Positions 9,854 to 18,769 of a stretch of DNA of 64,000 bases are shown one piece after another (within the stretch, counting starts at the first letter, position 1; every line of letters begins with the position of its first letter). The notes below the pieces were generated by a model, which saw only the letters and a list, made by a program, of their open reading frames with translations, did no database searches and was not told the origin of the DNA. This stretch comes from Candidatus Latescibacterota bacterium. Its GTDB lineage: Bacteria > Latescibacterota > UBA2968. The stretch spans positions 1,760,001-1,824,000 of the forward strand of contig OZ241986.1 in the NCBI GenBank assembly GCA_965204375.1, in the 5' to 3' direction. A program made the position numbers and the translations under genes.

Positions 9854-10951
9854 ATGAACGACCTGGTAATCTATCTCACCACAAGCCTTTGCGCTGTGTA
9901 CATCTCACTGATCGCCATTTTTGTATTTGGCCTCTTTCGCAGATCGCGGCCCGTAAATTCCGGACGCCTATCTGTTTCCGTTGTCGTGCCCGCTCGCAAT
10001 GAAGCCGCCAACATCGATGCGTGTTTGCGGGCATTGGCTGCACAGACCTATCCCGACGACCATCTGGAAATTATCGTTGTGGATGATCGATCCACCGATG
10101 ATACCGCCGCTCGAATCGACAAATGGACGCGCTGTTTACCCCACTTGAGCCGCGTATCTGTCACACAGCAGGACTACGATTGTCCAAAAAAAAACGCCCT
10201 GTGGCAGGGCATCAAACACGCGCGTGGTGATATTATTTTTACAACAGACGCCGATTGTCAGCCCGGTTCCAATTGGATAGCGTCAACCCTCTCGTACTTT
10301 GCTCCCGAAGTCGGCATGGTCATCGGCCATGCTCCCCTGCTGGAAAACAAAAAAGCTCTATCGGGCCTGCTATCTCTCCAGGCACTCGTCGTCTCAACTC
10401 TCGCAGCGGGTAGCGCGGGCATTGGACTTCCGCTCACCTGTTCGGGGCGCAACATGGCCTATCGCAGAAAAGCCTTTGATGAGGTCAACGGCTTTAGCGA
10501 CATCGGCCGTATCATCGGCGGCGACGATGTGTTGCTCATGCGGCAGGTCACACAAAAAAGCGAGTGGAAAATTCGGTTCAACGCAGACGCCGATGCGTTC
10601 GTCCCTTCAGCGTCTCACCCGGACAATCTCATCAATCGACAGGTGCGCTACCAATCCAAAACCATTCACTACGGCATTCCCATCTTGATTCTGGCTCTTG
10701 CGGTATATATATTCCATGTCATTCTGGCGACATTGCCCGTTTTGTTCTGGACCAACGCAGAATTATTTTATGCAGTCGGCTCCTGCCTGGCGATAAAAAT
10801 AATCGCCGATGCCGTTTTTTTGCTCTTCGGCAGCATCCGGTTCAAAAGCCTGAAATTGCTCCTGTGGTTTCCTGTTCTCGAAATCCTGATCATACCCTAT
10901 ATTGTCATCATCTGCGCGCTCGGCACATTTTCACCGTTCAAATGGAAATAA
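9854..10951 (+). CDS. GT2 glycosyltransferase, membrane-anchored
   Basis: VVVPARNE, VDDRSTD, TDAD (DxD), GGDD; N-terminal TM and C-terminal TMs. Confidence 0.9.
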   Translation: MNDLVIYLTTSLCAVYISLIAIFVFGLFRRSRPVNSGRLSVSVVVPARNEAANIDACLRALAAQTYPDDHLEIIVVDDRSTDDTAARIDKWTRCLPHLSRVSVTQQDYDCPKKNALWQGIKHARGDIIFTTDADCQPGSNWIASTLSYFAPEVGMVIGHAPLLENKKALSGLLSLQALVVSTLAAGSAGIGLPLTCSGRNMAYRRKAFDEVNGFSDIGRIIGGDDVLLMRQVTQKSEWKIRFNADADAFVPSASHPDNLINRQVRYQSKTIHYGIPILILALAVYIFHVILATLPVLFWTNAELFYAVGSCLAIKIIADAVFLLFGSIRFKSLKLLLWFPVLEILIIPYIVIICALGTFSPFKWK

Positions 10952-10952
10952 T

Positions 10953-12011
10953 ATGTTATCAATCAAATTGCTGCCCGAAACCTTCATGCGATACCATCGC
11001 GCAATCACACCCCGGCGAATATGGAATGCCTCAAAAGTGGTCGCGTCCTATGCCCTCTCCAATCTGTTTCGGCGAGATATTCGCATGGGCAAACCCTTTG
11101 TACTCATGGTCGAACCCACCAATTTCTGCAACCTCAAATGCCCGCTCTGCCCCTCTGGCAATGGCGACATGACCCGCGAGCGCGGCATTATGCCATTCGA
11201 ACACTTCAAGCATGTCTTTGAGCAACAGGCCGATCACCTTTTGCTCCTCATGTTGTGGAATCAGGGCGAACCCTTTATCAACAAGCACCTCACCGACATG
11301 ATCCGACTGGCCTCCGCGCACAATGTCCCCACACTGACCAGCACCAATGTCCACTACATCAAAAATCGGGAAACCGCTCGAGACATTGTGGATTCCGGCC
11401 TTTCCGAACTCGTGGTCTCTCTGGACGGCGTCACACCCGAAAGCTATGTCAAATACCGCGTGGGAGGCAATTTTGACCGCGTGCTCGAGGGCATCCGCCT
11501 GCTCGTCCAGGCAAAACGCGATCTGCAAAGCAGCCATCCCCTGATCCACCTGCAATTTATCATCATGAAACACAACGAACACGAAATTGCAGCCGCGCGC
11601 AAATTCGCTCGGGAGTTAGGCGTGGATCGCCTCTCGCTCAAAACCGCCCAAGTTTATACCGAATCCGATGCAGAGACCTTCTTACCTTCTGACGAGAAAT
11701 TCAGCCGCTACGATTACACTGCCGACCACCTCTCGACCAAAAGCAAAATCAGCAACACCTGTCGCCACCTGTGGTACAGCACCGTCATCAATTGGGATGG
11801 CGCTGTATCGCCCTGCTGTTTTGACAAAGATGTTCACTACGGCCTCGGCGATGCCCTCAATGAGTCGGACTTCGACCAGATCTGGACCGGTCAAAAATAC
11901 AAGGACTTCCGCAATGCCATCCTCAAAGACCGCAAATCTGTACCAATATGCAATAACTGCTCAGAAGGCGTAAAAGGCATGTTTTACGATATAGAAAAAG
12001 TCGAGCAATGA
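10953..12011 (+). CDS. Radical SAM/SPASM-domain protein
   Basis: CNLKCPLC (CxxxCxxC), QGEP, SLDG; C-terminal C...WDGAVSPCC...CNNC SPASM/twitch cysteines. Confidence 0.92.
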   Translation: MLSIKLLPETFMRYHRAITPRRIWNASKVVASYALSNLFRRDIRMGKPFVLMVEPTNFCNLKCPLCPSGNGDMTRERGIMPFEHFKHVFEQQADHLLLLMLWNQGEPFINKHLTDMIRLASAHNVPTLTSTNVHYIKNRETARDIVDSGLSELVVSLDGVTPESYVKYRVGGNFDRVLEGIRLLVQAKRDLQSSHPLIHLQFIIMKHNEHEIAAARKFARELGVDRLSLKTAQVYTESDAETFLPSDEKFSRYDYTADHLSTKSKISNTCRHLWYSTVINWDGAVSPCCFDKDVHYGLGDALNESDFDQIWTGQKYKDFRNAILKDRKSVPICNNCSEGVKGMFYDIEKVEQ

Positions 12012-12046
12012 ATTAAAAATTAAGAATTGGTGGTTGGGTGGTTGGG

Positions 12047-12071
12047 ACTGACAACTGACAACTGACAACTA
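12047..12071 (+). repeat. Heptamer tandem repeat (ACTGACA)x3
   Basis: gactgacaactgacaactgacaact between the rSAM and GT2 genes. Confidence 0.75.
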
Positions 12072-12072
12072 A

Positions 12073-13188
12073 ATGGATATCATCCTTCACTTATTGCTGC
12101 TCTTTACAATCCTCTACGCCCTCGTCGCACTGTGTTTTTTTTTCGGATTATTCCGCCTGAACAATCAGCCGCGCACTGATGAAACGCCATTTATATCCAT
12201 CGTTATTGCCGCGCGCAATGAAGCGGATTATATTGGCAAATGCCTCGATTCCCTGAAACAACAGACCTATCCATCCGACAGATTTGAAATCCTCATCGTT
12301 GACGACGACTCGACAGATAACACATCCCAAATAGTCGCCTCCACGCGCCTGGACAATCTCCGCCTTTTGTCTGTCAATAACAGCTTTCCAGAAATGGTGG
12401 CAAAAAAACGCCCGATGTCCGTTGGCATTCACCGCGCGCGGGGCGAATGGATCCTCACCACCGATGCCGACTGCACCGTGCCGACCACCTGGATCGCCAG
12501 CATGGCGTCTTATATGGCGGCTGATATTGGCGTTGTCATCGGATTTTCGCAACTTACATCGCGCTCATTTTTCGGTCAATTACAGGCTTATGATTTTCTC
12601 GCCCTTATGGCCGCGGCTGCTGGCGCTGTCGGGATGGGCATTCCCCTGGCTGCTTCGGGACAAAATTTTGCCTATCGCAAATGTCTTTTTAAAAAAGTCG
12701 GCGGTTTTCGCGACATAGCACACCGCCCGTCTGGCGACGATGTGCTATTGCTCCAATTGCTGCGACAGGCATGGGATGGACGCATTGCGTTTGCCGCTGA
12801 TCCTGGCGCTTATGCAACTACCCATCGCCCAGAAACCCCATCATCGCTGTGGCAGCAACGCAAGCGATGGGCATCTAACGCCGCGTATCAACTGCGTCTC
12901 AACCCCATTTTTTTTTCCTATATTGCAGTGGTCTTTTTCATCAACGTGCTCATCCCCGCTGCTTTTGTCATCTCAATAACAGATGGCACATATACACTAC
13001 CTCTGATCTGCTGGGGCGCGAAAATACTGGTAGATCTGCTTATAGCGGGAAAAGGCGTTTACACCTTCAAGCGTGCGGATCTACTCATCATGTTTCCATT
13101 CTGGGAGATCGTGCAAATCCCCTACACCATTCTCATCGGCCTCGCGGGAACTCTGCGCGGATTTACATGGAAAGGCCGAGAGCATTGA
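12073..13188 (+). CDS. GT2 glycosyltransferase, paralogue of 9854..10951
   Basis: IVIAARNE, VDDDSTD, TDAD, SGDD, QRKRW (QxxRW) motif; same TM layout and FxWK ending. Confidence 0.9.
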   Translation: MDIILHLLLLFTILYALVALCFFFGLFRLNNQPRTDETPFISIVIAARNEADYIGKCLDSLKQQTYPSDRFEILIVDDDSTDNTSQIVASTRLDNLRLLSVNNSFPEMVAKKRPMSVGIHRARGEWILTTDADCTVPTTWIASMASYMAADIGVVIGFSQLTSRSFFGQLQAYDFLALMAAAAGAVGMGIPLAASGQNFAYRKCLFKKVGGFRDIAHRPSGDDVLLLQLLRQAWDGRIAFAADPGAYATTHRPETPSSLWQQRKRWASNAAYQLRLNPIFFSYIAVVFFINVLIPAAFVISITDGTYTLPLICWGAKILVDLLIAGKGVYTFKRADLLIMFPFWEIVQIPYTILIGLAGTLRGFTWKGREH

Positions 13189-13270
13189 AGTGTGAAGGAA
13201 GAAGTGTGAAGTGTGAAACTGTGTATAACTGGTTGCTGCCCAAAGACTATTTTGCCCTATGAGGTACTCC

Positions 13271-14416
13271 ATGACCGCTAAAATCCTTTTCTGCCTCCTC
13301 AGTCTGCTGCTCGCCATACCGTCCCATGCACAACGCCCGCGCGCCCGGGATCTGGGCATTGAAATTGGCACATTGCCCACAGGTACATACAACGCTATCA
13401 CCGATGTCAAAGGCGTTCTCGTCGGTCACGTCACCTTAATTGAAGGGAGTGGCGAACTCGTCATAGGTAAAGGACCCGTACGAACGGGTGTCACGGCTGT
13501 CGTTCCACACAGCGAGGATATCTATCGAAATAATGTATTCGCCGCGGCCGAAGCCCTCAATGGCAACGGTGAAATGACGGGTATGGCATGGGTTAACGAA
13601 CGTGGACAACTCGAAGTGCCCCTTGTACTTACGAATACACTCTCTGTGGGCGAAGGCTACAGCGGTGTGGTCGCATACATGCTCAAACAGGGCACGGGGC
13701 GGGTTCCCCTACCCGTAGTCGCCGAATGTTACGACGGCGGTCTCAACGATATAGCCGGGCGACACGTCACAGTTGATCACGTTGTCGAAGCCATTGAAAT
13801 CGCCACAGGCGGCGCAGTGCCCGAAGGTTCGGTTGGCGCAGGCACGGGAATGCGTGCGTATGGATTCAAAGCAGGCATCGGCACGGCATCGCGCGTTGTA
13901 CCAGATGGACATACCATAGGCGTGCTCGTCAATGCCAACTGTGGACGCAGGGGGGAACTCCTCATTGCCGGCGTTCCCGTGGGACGCGAATTGCCCGTTC
14001 AGACTTCCCCAACGCGCGATGGCTCGATCATAGTGGTCATTGCCACCGACGCACCCCTGGTGCCACATCAATTGCGGCGCCTGTGCAAACGCGCCGCCAT
14101 AGGCATTGGTCGCACGGGCACTGTTTCTCGCACCAGCAGCGGGGATTTTTCTCTTGCCTTTTCAACCGCCTATCGCCTACCTCGCACCCGCGCTGACCGC
14201 GATACAATTACCACACTGCGCGATGGTCGGCTGACCGCTATTTTTCAAGCCACTATTGAAGCCACTGAAGAAGCCATTGTCAATGCCATGTGCGTAGCAG
14301 AACCCATGACAGGCCGAGACAACCGCACAATGCCCGCGTTACCGCATGACAAATTAATCGAGGTGATGCAAAAATACGGCCGGATGAATCAACACAACGA
14401 TGTGCAACAGCGGTAA
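13271..14416 (+). CDS. dmpA: P1/S58 family peptidase (DmpA-like L-aminopeptidase/D-esterase), exported
   Basis: RARDLG, NAITDV, GSVGAGTG, DGSIIVVIATDAP autocleavage site, SGDF; signal peptide. Confidence 0.88.
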   Translation: MTAKILFCLLSLLLAIPSHAQRPRARDLGIEIGTLPTGTYNAITDVKGVLVGHVTLIEGSGELVIGKGPVRTGVTAVVPHSEDIYRNNVFAAAEALNGNGEMTGMAWVNERGQLEVPLVLTNTLSVGEGYSGVVAYMLKQGTGRVPLPVVAECYDGGLNDIAGRHVTVDHVVEAIEIATGGAVPEGSVGAGTGMRAYGFKAGIGTASRVVPDGHTIGVLVNANCGRRGELLIAGVPVGRELPVQTSPTRDGSIIVVIATDAPLVPHQLRRLCKRAAIGIGRTGTVSRTSSGDFSLAFSTAYRLPRTRADRDTITTLRDGRLTAIFQATIEATEEAIVNAMCVAEPMTGRDNRTMPALPHDKLIEVMQKYGRMNQHNDVQQR

Positions 14417-14516
14417 TAGCTCATGCTGATACCTGACCGACCATCCTGAACATCCTTTCATCACTGGATAGAATCATTCCAGTGCAAGCTCTGAAAATCC
14501 TGATCCGAGGTGCTCT

Positions 14517-15992
14517 ATGTCTCAAATACCCATCATCACTGCCCTTTGTGCCTATGTTTTTATCACCCTATTGGTTGGCGTCTATGCTGGTAGGCGCGTT
14601 AAAGATTCCGCCGACTTTGTCGTTGCGGGGCGGCGTCTGGGCATCTTGCTGGCTACGGGCACGCTTTCCGCCACCTGGTTTGGTACAGGCACTGTGCTCG
14701 GCGCAGCGGGCGCGGCTTACAAAGGTGGCTTTTTAGCCATTATAGCCGATCCTTTTGGCGCAGCCCTGTGTCTGTTTCTCGCAGGCTTGTTTTACGTGCG
14801 AATGATGCGCCGCATGGGCGTTTCAACCATTGCCGAATTTTTTGAACGGAGATTTGGGAAAACAGCCGGTGTGGTCGCTGCTGCGTGTACGATTCCTGCC
14901 TATCTGGGCTGGGTTGCATCGCTAATGGTGGGATTTGGGAAAATTATTCACGCGCTCACGGGATTGGATGCGGTAGTAGGTACCTGCCTGGGCGCTGCTA
15001 TTGTACTGATCTATACAACAATAGGCGGCATGTGGGCGGTGACACTGACAGACTTCATTCAGGTGGCCGTCTTAACCCTGGGGCTAATTTTTATGACACC
15101 CGTTCTCCTGAGCGACATGGGGGGATGGGCCGCCATACGAGCGCAACTACCCGATGACCAATTTTATCTCTATCCCCGCGATGCAGACATGACCACATGG
15201 TTTAATTATGCGCGTGCCTGGCTGGTAATTGGCCTGGGCAATCTCGCCGGACAGGACCTTTTGCAACGCAGCCTATCCAGCCGAAACGAATCCGTCGCCC
15301 AAAACAGCGCGTATCTCTCCGGTATTATTTACCTGACCGTTGGTCTCTTGCCTGTATTCCTGGGTATTGCAGCCACCCTCACATTTCCCAATCTGGCCGA
15401 CCCCGAGCAAGTGATGATGAAACTCGCCGAAACATATCTCCCCCCACTCGGCATGGCCGTTTTTATCGGTGCTTTGATCTCCGCACTGATGAGCAGTGCA
15501 GACAGCGCCTTGCTCGCCCCTGCCAGCGTGATCGGCAACGATCTGATCCGCTACTTGCGCCCCGATATTGACGCGCGAACCCAACTGCGCCTGTGCCGCC
15601 TGAGCGTCCCCGTCCTCGGCATCATCGCGCTTTATCTCGCCCTTTCGCACGACACGGTTTACACGCTGATGGTCGATTCCTGGTCCATCTTGCTGGCAAC
15701 TCTCTTTGTGCCTCTCACTGCAGGTATCTGGTGGCGCAACGCCAATCGCTCTGGCGCGCTCTGGTCAATGATTTCAGGTGCTATCGCCTATCTCATCCTG
15801 CTTCAAATCGCACCCGACCAACCCGCCGACCTCCTCGCAGTACCCGTCGGCCTCCTCGCACTTGTCATCATAACCAAAGCGACCACAAAAACAGATCCAC
15901 CCTTGCCATTGAGCGATACGTCAGGAACACCTCTCCCCTATACAAACCGCCTGGGTGCTCTAAATCCACTTCGAGGTTTATCCGATAAATAA
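14517..15992 (+). CDS. Sodium:solute symporter (SSS) family transporter
   Basis: DFVVAGRRL, ATWFG, YTTIGGMWAVTLTDFIQ, SALMSSADS motifs; about 13 TMs. Confidence 0.9.
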   Translation: MSQIPIITALCAYVFITLLVGVYAGRRVKDSADFVVAGRRLGILLATGTLSATWFGTGTVLGAAGAAYKGGFLAIIADPFGAALCLFLAGLFYVRMMRRMGVSTIAEFFERRFGKTAGVVAAACTIPAYLGWVASLMVGFGKIIHALTGLDAVVGTCLGAAIVLIYTTIGGMWAVTLTDFIQVAVLTLGLIFMTPVLLSDMGGWAAIRAQLPDDQFYLYPRDADMTTWFNYARAWLVIGLGNLAGQDLLQRSLSSRNESVAQNSAYLSGIIYLTVGLLPVFLGIAATLTFPNLADPEQVMMKLAETYLPPLGMAVFIGALISALMSSADSALLAPASVIGNDLIRYLRPDIDARTQLRLCRLSVPVLGIIALYLALSHDTVYTLMVDSWSILLATLFVPLTAGIWWRNANRSGALWSMISGAIAYLILLQIAPDQPADLLAVPVGLLALVIITKATTKTDPPLPLSDTSGTPLPYTNRLGALNPLRGLSDK

Positions 15993-16011
15993 ATTAAAAG
16001 GAGACGCAATC

Positions 16012-16230
16012 ATGACCCAACTTCTTGAAAAAGCACTCCAGGAAGTGTCTAAACTTCCCCCTGAAAAGCAGGAGGCTATCGCAAGTATAATCATTGAAGA
16101 ACTCGAAGATGAACGCCAATGGGATGAAGCGTTTGCCGCATCACAAGATAAACTCGCCAAACTCGCCCAAAAAGTCCGGGACGATATCAAGGCAGGTCGT
16201 TTCAAAAAAATGGGGTTTGACGAGCTATGA
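16012..16230 (+). CDS. Putative antitoxin
   Basis: 72-aa acidic protein with AAGGAG RBS; stop overlaps the toxin start (ATGA). Confidence 0.7.
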   Translation: MTQLLEKALQEVSKLPPEKQEAIASIIIEELEDERQWDEAFAASQDKLAKLAQKVRDDIKAGRFKKMGFDEL

Positions 16231-16496
16231 ACTCGTATCTGATGGACGATTTCATAGCCCATTTTCGGAGATTACCGGCGAGCGTGCAAGAGAAAGCTCG
16301 CAAAAACTATCGTCTTTGGCGGCAAAACCGTAACCATCCGAGTTTGCAATTCAAGCGGATACAGGCTGCCGAACTAATTTACTCAGTACGAGTGGGAACC
16401 CGCTGGCGCGCTTTGGGCTTGCGGGAAAATAATGCGATCTACTGGTTTTGGATTGGCTCTCATGCAGAGTATGATAAACTGCTTGATCAATTATAG
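16227..16496 (+). CDS. RelE/ParE-like toxin
   Basis: HPSLQFK...YSVRVG..WRALG...WFWIGSHAEYD signature. Confidence 0.8.
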   Translation: MNSYLMDDFIAHFRRLPASVQEKARKNYRLWRQNRNHPSLQFKRIQAAELIYSVRVGTRWRALGLRENNAIYWFWIGSHAEYDKLLDQL

Positions 16497-16648
16497 TATC
16501 CCACCCTTGCCACTGAAGAATTCCATTCACTTATGAAAATCGCCTGGGGGTTCTAACACAATCCACCTGATCCATATCCAGCACAAGTAGTGAAATGAGA
16601 GAAAAAAAGAAATCATGCGTTAGAGTACATAAACCGAAAGGATATATT

Positions 16649-18769
16649 ATGATAGCCATTTTCAGGAGACTTTTTAAAAAAAGAGATGAATTGCAGTATG
16701 CCCTTGCCAAATGCCCTCGCGCAGCCCGCGAAGGATACCGGATTGCAAAGGGCAATCTTGACGGAATCAAAGTCGCCATAGACGCGATTTCGGAGGATTT
16801 GAAACAATATCTGACAAGTCTGAACGATGGAAATGTCCAAACCTCCGACATTGAAAATCAGACTCAAAAGCAGCTACAACAAGTGGCGTCGGAATTCTAT
16901 TCTTTGCACGAAGAACAGGTGCGCCTTCTGGAAGAGAAACGCGCACAGTTAGACAAGTTCTCAATTGCCCTCTTTGGTCGCACGATGACTGGCAAGTCAA
17001 CGTTGATGGAGATTTTGACTAACGGCGATGGTTTATCCATCGGCAAGGGAGGCCAACGCAAGACCCGAGATGTGCGTAGTTATGACTGGCAAGGACTCAA
17101 AATTACCGATGTGCCCGGCATAGCCGCGTTTGAAGGCCGTGAGGACGAAGAAAAGGCATTTGAGGCCGCCGTGCAGTCGGATCTGGTGCTTTTCCTTATC
17201 ACCGATGATGCACCACAGAACAAAGAAGCACAGTGCTTTGCACGGGTTCGGGCACTCGGCAAACCGATTCTGGGTATCTGCAATTTTAAATATGCTCTCA
17301 ACAATGCGGACAATATGAGCCTTTTTTTGCGAAGGAATTGGTTTTACCACAAACGAAAGGATCTCAATGCTATCGTCCAACAATTTCACGAGTTTGCGGA
17401 AAAATACAGTCCGGGTAGGCGCATTTTCTTCGCATATACCCACTTACAATCAAAATTCCTATCTCAACAGCCCAATTACAAACCGCAACAGAGCGAGTTA
17501 GAACACGCGAGCCGCTTCAACTACGTCGAAAAGCAAATTATCTCGGAGGTGATTGACTGCGGGAGATTCCTGCGATGGAAGAATTTCATTGATGGTGCTG
17601 TTGTTCCAATGCTTGAGTTTAGCGATAAGTTGTTGGACTTTAGTGCTCAACACTCGTTGAGTGGTAGGGTTCTTATCGATAAGCATCGCCAAGTCAAGTC
17701 ATGGTCTGATGGATTTCGCAAAAGTGGCAAAGAACGCATTGATACATTCATCCAAAGGGAAATGAACTCACTTCGCGCTGAAATTCCGGGGTTTGCTGAA
17801 GACTACTATGATCGGTCTGATGCTGGCGAGCACTGGCATCGATTAGTCGAGAATAAAAGTATAAAGCTAAAAGCAGAGAAACTTGCCGAGCAAATCCAGA
17901 ATGAATGTAAAGACGAACAGTCAGAGATCGAACGGCAACTTAAATCCGAACTGAATTTCGTCGATAAAGTTGCTGGCGACCGCAGGATTAGCATGGATTC
18001 TATATTCGATACAAAACGCGCTTGGAACTGGACGACCACCATTGTTTCTGGTGGACTTGCTATCGCTGCTCTTTTAGCTAGCGGTCCTTCTGGCTGGGCT
18101 GCAGCAGGAGTTAAATTGGTGGGGTGGTTCCTTTCTTTATTTTTTGGGGATAGAGAGGAGAAGGCGAGAAAGCAACGCAAGGAACTCGAAAGCAAGCTCA
18201 AACATGATGTCAGCAAGATAGAAAGTAACCTCCAAAAGGAACTTGGTGATTGGTTCTACCAAGACCTTCTCAAAAAGCGAGTCAATGCCTTTCTCAGAGA
18301 ATTTCAGCCGGTCATTTCGGGAACCTTCGAACTAGCAGACAGGCAGAGACATTTGGCATGGAGGATCAACAAGCAACATAAAGAATTGCACCGTGCTCTG
18401 ATCAATAAAGCATTTGATCAGCTTGGATATAGAGACAGTAGAGATCTCATATTGGATATAGCGCGAGTCCCTGGGCTGGCGATCATGTTGCTTATTGAGC
18501 CTGATACTACATTCCCAGAGGATGTGCGTAGGAATTTGGGGAAACTACTTGGAGAAAATGTCTGGTTCGTAGTCAACACTCGTAACAAGAGATCAATTCT
18601 ATCCCAAGCCATTGGGCGCGACTGTGATCCGAGCAAAATCCGTATTGAATCAAAAATTCAAGTCGCACATGTGCCTGTAGGACAACTCGATGCGGTTGGC
18701 GTCGCTCGGATCAAGTTGGCGCAACAGTTGACTGAACTCCATGTGATGAACTCGGAAAGGAACCATTAA
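16649..18769 (+). CDS. Dynamin-like/Era-type GTPase with helical C-terminus (GTPase 1)
   Basis: G1 GRTMTGKS, G2 T in RKTRDV, G3 DVPG, G4-like CNFK; coiled coils and hydrophobic Gly-rich hairpin (IVSGGLAIAALLASGPSGWAAAGVKLVGWFLSLFF); AAAGGA RBS before ATG 16649. Confidence 0.8.
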   Translation: MIAIFRRLFKKRDELQYALAKCPRAAREGYRIAKGNLDGIKVAIDAISEDLKQYLTSLNDGNVQTSDIENQTQKQLQQVASEFYSLHEEQVRLLEEKRAQLDKFSIALFGRTMTGKSTLMEILTNGDGLSIGKGGQRKTRDVRSYDWQGLKITDVPGIAAFEGREDEEKAFEAAVQSDLVLFLITDDAPQNKEAQCFARVRALGKPILGICNFKYALNNADNMSLFLRRNWFYHKRKDLNAIVQQFHEFAEKYSPGRRIFFAYTHLQSKFLSQQPNYKPQQSELEHASRFNYVEKQIISEVIDCGRFLRWKNFIDGAVVPMLEFSDKLLDFSAQHSLSGRVLIDKHRQVKSWSDGFRKSGKERIDTFIQREMNSLRAEIPGFAEDYYDRSDAGEHWHRLVENKSIKLKAEKLAEQIQNECKDEQSEIERQLKSELNFVDKVAGDRRISMDSIFDTKRAWNWTTTIVSGGLAIAALLASGPSGWAAAGVKLVGWFLSLFFGDREEKARKQRKELESKLKHDVSKIESNLQKELGDWFYQDLLKKRVNAFLREFQPVISGTFELADRQRHLAWRINKQHKELHRALINKAFDQLGYRDSRDLILDIARVPGLAIMLLIEPDTTFPEDVRRNLGKLLGENVWFVVNTRNKRSILSQAIGRDCDPSKIRIESKIQVAHVPVGQLDAVGVARIKLAQQLTELHVMNSERNH

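Noticed and set aside
10953-12011. rSAM/SPASM as a RiPP maturase
   Set aside because: No precursor peptide or RRE/PqqD domain nearby; the context is glycosyltransferases.
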